DNA from: Trichodelitschia bisporula
Lineage: Eukaryota
Direction: 5' to 3'
Length of the DNA stretch: 64,000 bases
Assembly: GCA_010356995.1 (NCBI GenBank)
Contig: ML996707.1
Location: 372,001 to 436,000 of the forward strand
The translations under genes were made by a program, and so were the position numbers. Positions 1 through 9,912 of this stretch are shown one piece after another. The notes under the pieces are model-generated. The model saw only the letters and a program-made list of their open reading frames with translations, had not been told where the DNA came from and did not search any database. The first letter of the stretch is position 1. Every line of letters starts with the position of its first letter.

Positions 1-106
1 CGTACATTCTCAAACGAATTATTTTCCTCCTCACCCCCAATATCCCCAATAACCCCAATACCCTCAACGCCCTCAGCACCCTCTCTCTTCTCCGTCTTCC
101 TTTACT

Positions 107-620
107 ATGGCTCCCAGTTTCTGGCAACAGCTGAAAAAGCAGGCCACCGGCCTCCGCGAAAAGACCGCTGCTTACGCTCTCACGAAGAAGGATAGTAGTA
201 AGATAAAGGCTGCCCCCCAGCCTCGCACCTCGCGGGATGCAACCGCCGGTATTCCTCGCCGGCACCAGAACGCGGACGCGTACGTGGCGGTCCTGGGCGA
301 CATCTGATATCCTGAAGGGTTGGATGATACTTATAACCCTGGTTGGGTATCATTTACTATTGTGCCCACGCGGCGCTGGAGCTGGGCTGGCTTCGAGTGT
401 ACCCGTGAGAACGATGCGGACTCCGAGTATAGCGATAGGGAATCCGAATTTTAAGGAAGTTGGAGCGATCGATGCGATGGAGAGGATCGAGGATATCCCA
501 TTCGGTAAGGTACCTTTGATGTCGAAGAAGCGATTGTTTTAGGGACTTAACTGCGGTAGGAGAGTGGGTTGAGATTAGCTGCAATGCTAACAACAATTAA
601 GAATCGAATATGGTCTAACT
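107..620 (+). pseudogene. Tandem-family copy 1 (premature stop and frameshift)
   Basis: The ORF 107..307 ends at TGA, but the same frame continues YPEGLDD...TRRWSWAGFECTRENDADSEYSDRESEF* to TAA 452-454, matching RRRSWAGFE in copy 4. A shifted frame then gives KEVGAIDAMERI, matching ELCAAIEAMKM in copy 3. Confidence 0.75.
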
Positions 621-1130
621 CGGATAGCTGCCATGCATCGCGTGATGTGAAGTGAACTAAACTGAAATAATTACCCCCACCTTGGTGATATGATGAGCCA
701 CAGATTGGCCTTGCGTACTGCTTAGGAAGGAACATGATCTATTGTGCGTATAGTGGGAGGAAGGGGTAGAGGAGGATACTTAGCATCTATCGTACATTTG
801 GACTCGAGAGTCTCTATTCTCTTCTATCTGCCCAGATTATGGGTTCGAGTAAGCACATAGCAGAATCGATACATCGAGACATTATCCGCCCTAGGTCATA
901 TTATTCGTTTCTGGGCGTTAGAACTTCACATTCATCAGGCTATACTTGAAGACTCACATCAGTGATGAACTTCCATCACGCCCATCAACTTCCAAACCTC
1001 ACGAAATCTCAACCGTTATCACAATCTCAAGGGCCTAGGAAGTATATATACACGCCGTCCATCCTCCAACGAATCTTGTTTTCCTCGCCAGTCCTCTCTA
1101 CACCCTATCTCCTCTCCTTCTTCCTTCAAA

Positions 1131-1316
1131 ATGGCTCCCCGCCTCTGGTCCCTGCTAAAAAGGCAAGCCGCCGGCCTGCGCGACGAGCTCCGCGAAAAGA
1201 TCGAAAAGCAAGCCGCTGGGCTCCGCAACGAGCTCCGCGACAAGCTCCCCACTCGCATTCTCACGAAGAAGGGCCGTGGTAAGATGCCTAGGCTTGCGAA
1301 GACGCGGTCGGTTTAG
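1131..1316 (+). CDS. Tandem-family copy 2, truncated (N-terminal module only, 45-nt internal duplication)
   Basis: MAPRLWSLLKRQAAGLRDELREKIEKQAAGLRNELRDKL. It lacks the RxxSWAG and acidic region. GTAAGA at 1279 is a possible splice donor. Confidence 0.6.
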   Translation: MAPRLWSLLKRQAAGLRDELREKIEKQAAGLRNELRDKLPTRILTKKGRGKMPRLAKTRSV

Positions 1317-2064
1317 GAGTTTAGCTGCGACGGGGTGTTTGATCTGGGGCCTTTTTGCGATACCGACTTGGAGTTAGGCGTTTTTGGGTTGGTGATAGAA
1401 ATCTAGAAATTGAAATTAGTCCGATGAAGATAGCAACCATGTGGAAGTGAAATGAAATGATTACCACTAACTTAGAATATGAAGGGAGAGGAGAGGAGCA
1501 AAGGATATTAGTATCGTACATCTTGACTCAAGAGTCTCTACTCTTTTTTGTCCGCCCAGATTGTAGGCTCGAGTAAGCGCGTGTCGGCTCTGGAAAATCG
1601 AGACGTTATCCGGTTGAACTCATTTCCTTAATATACACATTCTTCGTCAATAGGCGTCAGTCTTCCACTAGGTGGAGGCGCCCGCCTTGTGGACAGTCAA
1701 AGACTTCATACATATGAAAGACGTGTTGAAGACATCGTACGCTTCAAAGAGTAAGCGTTGAAGGCTTTCACTACGTTCCTCTGCGAGCGTTCCTCTCAAG
1801 CGTCTCTACGAGCGTCTTGCTAGAGCGTAGTGAGCGGTGGCATATTGAAAAGTGTGAGGATACTCGCCAGACTCCACCAAAAGGCCCAGCATTAGTGATG
1901 AACATCCATCACGTCCATCCCCTCCCAACCCTCAAACCCCCTCACAATCCCGCAGGCCTAGGAAGTTTTAAATAGCGCCGTACGTCCTCCAGCGAATTCT
2001 TCCACCACCACCTCTCTATACCCTCTCTCCTTTCCTTCTTCCTTCTTCTCCTTCTTCCATCAGA

Positions 2065-2538
2065 ATGGCCCCAAACCGCTGGAACTCGCTAAAAAAGCGA
2101 GCCACCGAGCTCGGTTCGAAGCTCGCCGTTCACACTCACATAAAGAAGGAAAGTAGTAAGAAGAAGAGCACCCCTCGGCCTGTCTCCAAGATCTATGAGT
2201 GGGACGTGACCGCAATGATGTGGCGCCGGATCAAACCTCTTAACCCCGACTGCGCCGTCCAGAGGGATTTCAGGGAACCCGAGCGGGTGTCTACGGCCGA
2301 CCCCGTCCAGAGGTCCTTTAGGAAACCCGAGCGCGCGTCCACGGCCGTCAACGATGCGGAACACGAGCCCATAGACACGCCCCCGCCCTCGCCCGAGCGG
2401 CACAGATCCTGGGCCGGCCAGTCGAATCCATCCGAACATCCCTCCGCAGACTCCGACTACTCAGAACTCTGCGCGGCCATAGAGGCGATGAAGATGATGA
2501 AGACCCCCTCTGAAGAAGCCGCCGAAGACTCCGACTAA
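2065..2538 (+). CDS. Tandem-family copy 3, 157-aa orphan protein
   Basis: MAPNRWNSLKKRATELGSKL..., with a 48-nt internal duplication (VQRDFREPERVSTA / VQRSFRKPERASTA), an RHRSWAG motif and an acidic tail. The TAA stop lies in the second copy of a duplicated GACTCCGACTAM segment. Confidence 0.7.
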   Translation: MAPNRWNSLKKRATELGSKLAVHTHIKKESSKKKSTPRPVSKIYEWDVTAMMWRRIKPLNPDCAVQRDFREPERVSTADPVQRSFRKPERASTAVNDAEHEPIDTPPPSPERHRSWAGQSNPSEHPSADSDYSELCAAIEAMKMMKTPSEEAAEDSD

Positions 2539-3295
2539 GAGGAACTGGCGGGGGCTATAGAGGCGATGGACACGATCGGGGGTAGGCGGTACCGTAAACA
2601 GCCCCCGGGCTATCGCAGAGGCGATCGGTTTAGGGAGTTGATTTTCTACGGTAGTAGAGGGGGTTGAGATTATGTAGTAATGCTGACTGGAATCAGGAAT
2701 TGGATATGGTTTAACTTTGGATAGATGCCATGTATCGCGTGAAGTTAAGTGAACTGATGTGCGCATGATGGGAGAAAGGGGAATAGGTGAGGATACTTAG
2801 CATTGTTGTGATTAGACCCGAGGGTCTCTACTCTCTTCTTTTCTTGCCTTCATCTCAATCTTCGCTTAACACAAGTCGCCCATTGCCCGTGTCAAGCCTT
2901 GCTCCCATTTCGTTTCGTTCGGCGCCGTAGCAAGCAAGGCTGACTTTCGTTCATCCGCCCAGATTCCGGGCTCGAGTAAGCGCATGACAGGCTCAGTACA
3001 TCGAGATGTTGTCCGATCTATGTCGCGTTCTCCGTTAATACGCATTCTGCGTCAATAGGCGTTGGACTTCCATACTCACCAAGCCGCACCAGAATCTCAG
3101 CACCAGTGATGAAGCCACATCACGTCCATCAGCTTCCAAACCTCACGAACCTTGAAGTTATATCACGTCCACCCCTTTCCAGCCCTCACACCCTCTAACC
3201 CCCCTCACAACACCAGATTCCCTAGATCCATATAACGCCCCCCCACCCACCCCCTCATCTCCCCCCCCAAACCCCCAAACCTCTCCTCTTCAAGA

Positions 3296-3834
3296 ATGGC
3301 TCCTTCGCTGTGGTCCTTCTTAAAGAAGCGCGCCTCCGGGCTCCGCTGCAAGCTGACCTCGCGCAAGCTCACCGGGCGCAAGTTCTCCCTCCGCCGCAAG
3401 AGAAAGTCCCCCCCTCATCCCACCCCCTCCCGCCTTGGCTCCTGGGACTCGATAATTTCGGGCGCCCACCACCGGCGCTACGACCCTGCTCATCCGGATC
3501 GCAACACGCACTTATGGGATGTAGAAGAAGATACTGGGAGGCTGCACGAGCCGGATTGGAAGTTCGTGGTGCCGCGCGAGGAGCGGAATGAGTACACGCG
3601 GCGGAGATCCTGGGCCGGGTTTGAGCTTGTCGATGAGGTGAAGTCGAGCGAGTCTGGTGAGAGTTTTGAGGAGATTGGGGCTGAGGAGGGGGATGAGGCT
3701 GTCAGTATGGAACTCGCGAGGGCGTGGACGAGATAGGGGTTTGGTCTGATGGGGAAGAACAGTTTGAAACCTGGAGTACTTGGAGTTGGGGTACGGGCTT
3801 TTGGGACTAATGATAGGAATTGGAATTGAACTGA
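3296..3834 (+). CDS. Tandem-family copy 4, apparently intact orphan protein (unspliced ORF ends 3736; predicted intron 3701-3816 gives a C-terminus ELELN*)
   Basis: MAPSLWSFLKKRASGLRCKL...RRRSWAGFE...acidic tail. A phase-0 donor GTCAGT at 3701, branch site ACTAAT near 3806 and TAG at 3814-3816. Confidence 0.72.
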
Positions 3835-3857
3835 CTTGGCTAGCAACTGCATATATC

Positions 3858-3885
3858 GAAGTGAAGTGAAGTGAAGTGAAGTGAA
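3858..3885 (+). repeat. (GTGAA)5 microsatellite
   Basis: gaagtgaagtgaagtgaagtgaagtgaa. It is an expanded form of the gtgaagtgaac motif that follows copies 1-3. Confidence 0.9.
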
Positions 3886-4514
3886 CTGACTGCCGCTAAC
3901 TTACATAGTAGACAGAGATGCCTTAGATTAGCCCGCATACTATTTGTCCCTGCAGTGATCGGCACTGTCATTATGCGGCCCTTCTTTAGCGTCGAACGTA
4001 CCGGCGGCTAAAAGGTAGTGCATAGCTATCCGGCGACCTTTGACTTAGATATCGATCAGCTTAGCAGCACTCAACCGAGCCGTGGGAACGACCACTCACA
4101 TAGAACTCTGCCCAAGGAGCACACCAGTCGACACCCCCCCCTCATTCACCATCAGTACAACAAGCGGAAGAATACCTCATCCATTGACACGATTTTACAT
4201 ACCCGCCATCCCCTCATCTCATGCACACTCCAAAACACCGTATCCGTGCGTATATACCATAACCTCATAACCCTCATCCCCAGCCCATCGGCCCGCTCAT
4301 CTCAATCATCGTGGGTATCAAGAACCTTTGTCTCGGTCCAAACGTGCCCAGTAAGCCATCATGCCCCATATCCCATGCCAAGTTCTTCTCACTCACACTC
4401 CACAAGCTCTAGGCGTAAACAGGAGTAGGGAGCTCGCACAGCCACCCCCCATCGGCCCACAAGCATCATGCCGCAAAGAAACAGCACCAAAGAAAAAATG
4501 CCACCGAAAGTCGT

Positions 4515-6706
4515 CTACACCCCATCGGCCTTCTCGCCATCGACCTTCTCCCCATCAACCTTCTCATCCCCCCCACCCATCTCCTTAACACTCTCCTTAC
4601 TCGGACTAACAACCGCATCCAACGGCGCCGCATGAAGCGCCGGCTTCTCACTCCTCGCCAACCTACCACTCCGCCTCTTCTCAATCGCCTCAATCACCCA
4701 CTCCGCAACCTCCGCGTCAACGACATTGTGAGGCAAGAGCGGGTTGCGGGTAATAGGCTGAGCCTCGGAGTCAGCCGTAGGCAAGGCCGGGGACTCGTTT
4801 TCGTCCGATTCAGACCCGGGCTCGGGGGTCACTTCCTCGTCCTCGTCCTCCTCGACGATGGCACTCGGCTTCGCGAGCGACGTCAGCCACGGGTGCAGCA
4901 GCAGCATCGGGTACGTAGGGCGCAGCTTGGGCGTCTTGTTCAGGCAGGAGCGGACGAAGTGGCGCGCGGGTTCGGAGAAGGAGCCCACGGGGAGATCAGG
5001 CGGCTCGCCATCAACAATGGCCTAGTATGTCAGTCACGATCTCTCTCACAGTAGGTAAAACTGACACTCAGTTGGCTGAAGATGTTGTTGTACGTCTCCG
5101 GCGGGTACGGATACCGCCCCAGAGCGCACTCAATGATCGTCAACCCCAAGCTCCAAATATCGCTCTGCACGCTGTACGTGCCGTCGCCAAAGCTAGCACC
5201 GCCCATGCCGCCCGTCGAGATACGTTCCGGCGCCATGTAGCTCTGGCAGCCGATGTTTGTCTTGGCGAAGCTGGCGACGAGGTTGCCGCTGACGCCGAAG
5301 TCGCAGATCTTGATTTGGCCGCGCGTGTTCATGAGTATGTTCGTCGGCTTCACGTCGCGGTGGATAATGTTGTGATCCTCCTTGAGGCACTTGAGGCCCA
5401 TGGTCGTCGCGTAGGTAATCTTGCGCAGCACGTTCTCTGGGATCCCGTCGCCGTACAACTTGTCGATCGAGCCGCCGTCCATGAACTCCATGCAGATGTA
5501 CACCGCGCCTTCCTGGAAGAAGGCGCCGTAGAAGTCGACGATGTAAGGTGATATGCAGCGATGCAGCACGTCGAGTTCCATAATGATAGCGGCGAACTTG
5601 GCGTCATCGAGCTCAAGCCGAATCTCCTTCATGGCCATGATGGCCCCAGTGGTGCCTTCCGATTTAGGCGACTGCGAGTCATCACCGTCCCCAGAGGCTT
5701 TCCGCACAGGTCCCGACGGTGTGTGTCCGAACTGGGGTCGGTTGCCAGCCAAACCCATTCCCGGCCGCCGTATCTTTGGCCTGCTATGGCGCACCTTGTA
5801 GACAGTGCCGTAGTTGCCCTTGCCTAGCTCATCCATCGTGTCCACTTCATCAAGCGATATGCTGAAGCTGGTGCCGTTCGTGAACTGCACGCCCTGCGAG
5901 TTGAGCACGGCTTTGCCAGCGAAGCGCAAGCTGCCAGTCTTCGCATCCAGGTAGTCGGCGTACTTGTCCATCATGGTGCCGCCTGTGCCTCCATTCTTCT
6001 GCGGCTCCTGGTCCTTGTTCTCGCCGCCGCCTTGCATCTGCGACAGCGAGAGGCCAGGCTTTTTCCGCCCAACAGGCACGGGCGTCCCGTTCGGCGTTGC
6101 CCCAGGTAGACCACCAGGAAGCGCCAAACCACGCTTCTCCGCCAGCGACGGCTTGTTCCGCCCAAGGCGCATGTTCGGCACCGCAGGTGCCGAATGCAGA
6201 TTTTTGAGCGCCGGTGCGCCATTCGGAAGCTGCAGACTCAGAGAGCCCGGCATGCTACCAGGGCCGGATGGGGAGGTGGGGCTGGTGATGCCTCCCGTGG
6301 GACCGTGAGCAGGCAGATCGGACGCCAAACGAGCGGGATGCTGTGGAGGGCCCTGTCGTGAGAGACGCCAGGCTGATACGCGCGCCAGCAGCTCCGACGA
6401 TTGCCGGCTAACGGGCTCACCGCGGCTGCTTGCGAATGTGGATTGATTTGACGGGCGGCGTGCGGCCATGATATTACCGAGCGGTGTAGATGAAGTGGTC
6501 ATGCCTGCTGTGGTGGCTGTCGATTCGGAGACGGAACGGGGAGAGAGTGGGGGATGGGGTGGCTGGAGAGACGAGACGTTGGGAGGCGAGATGGGAGATG
6601 TGGGCGTTGGCGTCGAGGGAGCGGGTGATGAAGACATTGCGGCGGAATCGGTGGGGGGTTGTTCTGCGTCAGGTTCGGTGATGGCAGGAGGGGGATCGGT
6701 AGTCAT
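4515..6706 (-). CDS. PBS2: HOG-pathway MAP kinase kinase Pbs2/Wis1 (exons 6706-5066 and 5021-4515)
   Basis: Kinase motifs ELGKGNYGTV, AMKEIRLELD, HRDVKPTN, DFGVSGNLVASFAKTNIGCQSYMAPERI and DIWSLG, preceded by a long Pro/Ser-rich N-terminus. Intron GTCAGT...CTGAC...TAG at 5065-5022 joins FSQLS to AIVDGEPP. Typical C-terminal KPALHAAPLD. Confidence 0.96.
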
Positions 6707-7380
6707 AATAATGCGAGTGTCATGTACGAGAGGAGCCGCTGGATCCGAGGGGTAACAGTAAGCACGCCGCAGACGATTTAATGCAGGTGATGTTTGAAGA
6801 GCGAGCGGGGTAGGTTGGATTCGTCTGGGCGGGTTTCTTCAGCGACGTAGGATTGGGGAACACTCAGAGCTGGTGGGAAGGGAGGGCGGAGAGGGGTAAT
6901 GTAGGAAAGGGAGAGTGTACGGAGTAGGTTGACGATGGAAGTGGAGTAGGGAGGGGAGGGAAAGTAGGAGGGGAGAAAGTGGAGATGGTGAATGTTCAAG
7001 GCGGGGCGGCCTTTTTTGGTGGGGCCTAGTTCTAGGGTTTACATACGAGATGGTGAAAGGGAACGTAAGGTTTTTGGCAGGGAAAGTCGACAAGATCAAA
7101 ATGAGTTGCGTCACGGCTCGCGCTTTCGCCTTTGCTGGTGTGTTTCCGTGGCGCTGAACTGCAGGTGGGAATGGCTGAACACTTGTTTCGACATGTGAGC
7201 CTGTTTAGTGCCGCCTTTCCTCCTCACGGGGCAACATAGGTACTTTCATGTACTTTTGCTATGCATTTTATGCATTGGACATGGAACAGTCCGCGGAGAA
7301 AGCGGTATTATAGGCTGCGAGGGTTCTTTCGGATAGCGGAAAGACATGGGACGGATGGCAAATCATGGCCCGAGAGTGGA

Positions 7381-7410
7381 GGAGGGGAAGGGAGGGGAGG
7401 GGAGGGGAGA
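7381..7410 (+). promoter_or_regulatory. (AGGGG)n tract, STRE-like and G-quadruplex-capable, ~0.7 kb upstream of PBS2
   Basis: ggaggggaagggaggggaggggaggggaga contains four AGGGG copies. Any function is inference. Confidence 0.35.
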
Positions 7411-8540
7411 ATAAGGGAGCAAAGGAGCTTGGAGATAGGAGGCAAAGCAACTTGGAGGACAAAGAGATTGCATATGCGGCTCTTCTGCATGCTTTCTGCT
7501 GCTTTTTCCGTCAGGGAATAGAGTCGGATACGTGTTGCTGCCTGTCGTTTCGCCCCGGTGGTACAGGAGAGAGTGCTGCTTCAGACTGATACTCCGTGGT
7601 TGATTGTCCGTCCATACACATATTGCCTCTCTGCCTCTTCTACCCTTTTGCCATCACTTCAACTGTTTACAAGTGGTAGGGTAGGGGAGATGGACGAGAT
7701 TGTGCAAAATCACAGATATCCTACCTATCGCCCGATGGCCGTGTTAGATACTCCAGACACTCCAGACGGCACTAGACCAGTAAGCACACCAAGCATTGAA
7801 CGAGACGTCTCTCGGTCCTCTGGTTACTTCGGGCCCTCCCGTACCGCTTCGGTATCTCGTTGTCGCCGCACCGACTCCACATCGCCGCACCATCAAGCAA
7901 ATTTTTAGCTGGAAATCGCCGCACTCGGGTCTAGATGCTGGTGGCGATCATCCTCTGAATCTTCTCTGGATCGGGCGAGCTGCAATTACCAAAGTTTGAA
8001 GCATGCTCCGAAGTATGTGCGCCATATTGAAGCAGTGGCGAGTGAGTCAAGCCACGCATGGGACGTTATTTAGAGGCCCAGGCTTGGAAACCAAGAAGAG
8101 CTTAGGCCCACCCCGCCTGTGGTGAAGAGGAGAGATTCGATGACGTTACCCTGCAGCTGGCCGTCTGCACCAGCGGACAGCATTGCAAGCAACAGGTCCA
8201 GGAACAAAGCTGCAGCGCTGCTTGGCCAGCTTTCCCACCAAACAGGCCCCGCGCAGCGTCATCGCCATGCCAGAGCGCTACTGATTGAAGGCACGGAGGG
8301 CGAAAGGCAGAGAGTCGTTCATTAATATTCTGCCGAAGTACATTTCTACATAACCCGCCGTGCCCGCTTCCCCGGTTTATCACCCAGTTAAATTCCGCCT
8401 TATTATAAAGAGTGCATCCCATGAATAAGCCCTCAATGAAGGCGCCTTTGTCACCAAGCCGACGGGATCTACAGGAATATCAATCCATCAGAAATAACTA
8501 GTCGTGCTATTATCAATAGAACAGCAATTGAGCTTGTACC

Positions 8541-8750
8541 TCATACACACCACCCTGACATAACCAATGCCTCGAGTTTGGGACTTTTCCGGCAGATCAT
8601 CCCCTTGCTTCCCAAGGAGTTACCGCTTTCAACCTCCAGCGAACGGAGGTTCGGTAACTCAGCGAGCCAGGTCGTAAGATCTTCAGCCCCACCATTTAAC
8701 CATAAAGACATGAACAGCCCAGCGTTCGACCATAAGGACATGAACAACCT
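8541..8750 (-). pseudogene. LRR/RNI-like exon fragment
   Basis: WLAELPNLRSLEV...CRKSPKLEALVM matches the LxxLxL repeats of fungal F-box/LRR proteins. It contains a 30-bp duplication (ccataargacatgaaca at 8700 and 8730). No complete gene is visible. Confidence 0.35.
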
Positions 8751-8899
8751 AAATTATGCACCGCACACCGAAACAAAGAACGAGAGAGGGATAAGTAATC
8801 ACCACCCCTTCCGTCAAGACAAGACCGACACTTTCCCACTACTTCCTGACCTCTTCCAAACAGTACGTCGTGACTGCCCCCAACAAAAACATAGACGCC

Positions 8900-9912
8900 C
8901 AAAGGCATCTGCGAGTACGGGTATGCCTCGTTCCGCTGCGCAGCTTGGACGAGATTTTCCGCCCTCAGAATGGCCATGTCACCTAGCGCGACTGCAAGGT
9001 CCGCTTCCAGCACGCTGAAGTTCACGGAAGCCTGGAGAGATGCGTCCAGGCTTAGAAGCCTGCCGACGTCGATCTGGAACGGGCCAGCGTGGTTGAGGAG
9101 GCCCTGAAGTTTTAGTAAAATAACCCTCGAATGCTATGCGCGCGATGACTTACGATAGGACCATCCGTTCTGGCCGCTATACCGTTGACCCGCTCCCGGA
9201 CGCAGAGCTTCACAGCCGCTAGGCGGCCGACGAACACCTTGCCAGCCAGGGTGATTGGGCCCAGCGCTGACTCCGCCTTGAACCCCCCTTTCCTCGCCTC
9301 GCACAAGGCGAAGGTATGGGGGAGGTTGAGCGCCTTGCAGGCGCTCAGGGTCGGGCGCTGGAATGGGGTGCGGTATGACGGATACTCCGTCATTTTGACC
9401 AGCACCACTTGGACGACCTCCGGCCAGCCCTCCAGTCACATCCTGGCCATGTCTCGGAGCTGCCTCTCAGTCTGTGAGAGGCCGACCTCCAGCACCCAGG
9501 GGACGCTGGTGCCCATCACTGGGTCACGTTGGTGAAGGCAGAGGTCGGGGACCCGGGTGCTCCTCATGTACTTCCCGCTGACGGAACGAAGGTGCGTTTG
9601 CGGTCGTGTAAACGCCTGACTCTTGTCCACCGCCCTCGCGAAGGCCAGGAAAAACAGGCCCCCGATCTCTTCGTGTGGCGGGAAGGGGGGTGCCAGCACC
9701 TGGAGGGTTTCTGTGACACTGTCGTAATTCGCTTTCAGCCCGGGCCTATTAAGTTATGAAGTTAGTACATGAGTGCCGAATGAAGGGAGCCCGACTGCTT
9801 AGTAGGAGTCAATGAGTTCACAAAGGCGCTCCGCCTTGCCCGGGGGCGTTGCGGTAAAGGTTAAAACAGCTCCCACTTCCTGGGAACAGGCCTGGATCTC
9901 TTCATCCTCCAT
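8900..9912 (-). pseudogene. Uma2-like PD-(D/E)xK restriction-endonuclease-fold gene, disrupted
   Basis: Spliced reading ...NYDSVTETLQVLAPPFPPHEE...TRVPDLCL...PWVLEVGLSQTERQLRDMARM*LEGWPEVVQVVLVKMTE... shows the Y-x-L-x-P-x-HE, PD, EVG-S and WL pattern I recall for this family. In-frame stops are TAA 9799-9801 and TGA 9436-9438 (at the expected Trp), with a frameshift near 9130. Confidence 0.7.

Larger units (their letters stand above)
1..3900 (+). repeat. Head-to-tail array of four diverged ~0.9-1.2 kb gene-containing units, probably continuing upstream of the window
   Basis: ATGs at 107, 1131, 2065 and 3296 all begin MAPxxWxxLK(K/R)xA. Shared non-coding blocks recur in the same order: GACYCRAGRGTCTCTA (801, 1525, 2815), CYGCCCAGATT..GGYTCGAGTAAGC (828, 1552, 2955), GTGATG-N6-CATCAC (962, 1895, 3106), a TATA-like box and a pyrimidine-rich leader. 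Bases 1-30 resemble 1056-1086. Confidence 0.93.

Noticed and set aside
841..854. GGTTCGAGT as a tRNA T-loop or Pol III B box
   Set aside because: No cloverleaf or A box, and the paralogous sites read GGCTCGAGT.
961..3115. RTGATGA in each unit as a snoRNA C box
   Set aside because: No conserved downstream CTGA D box. The motif is better explained as one arm of the GTGATG-N6-CATCAC palindrome.
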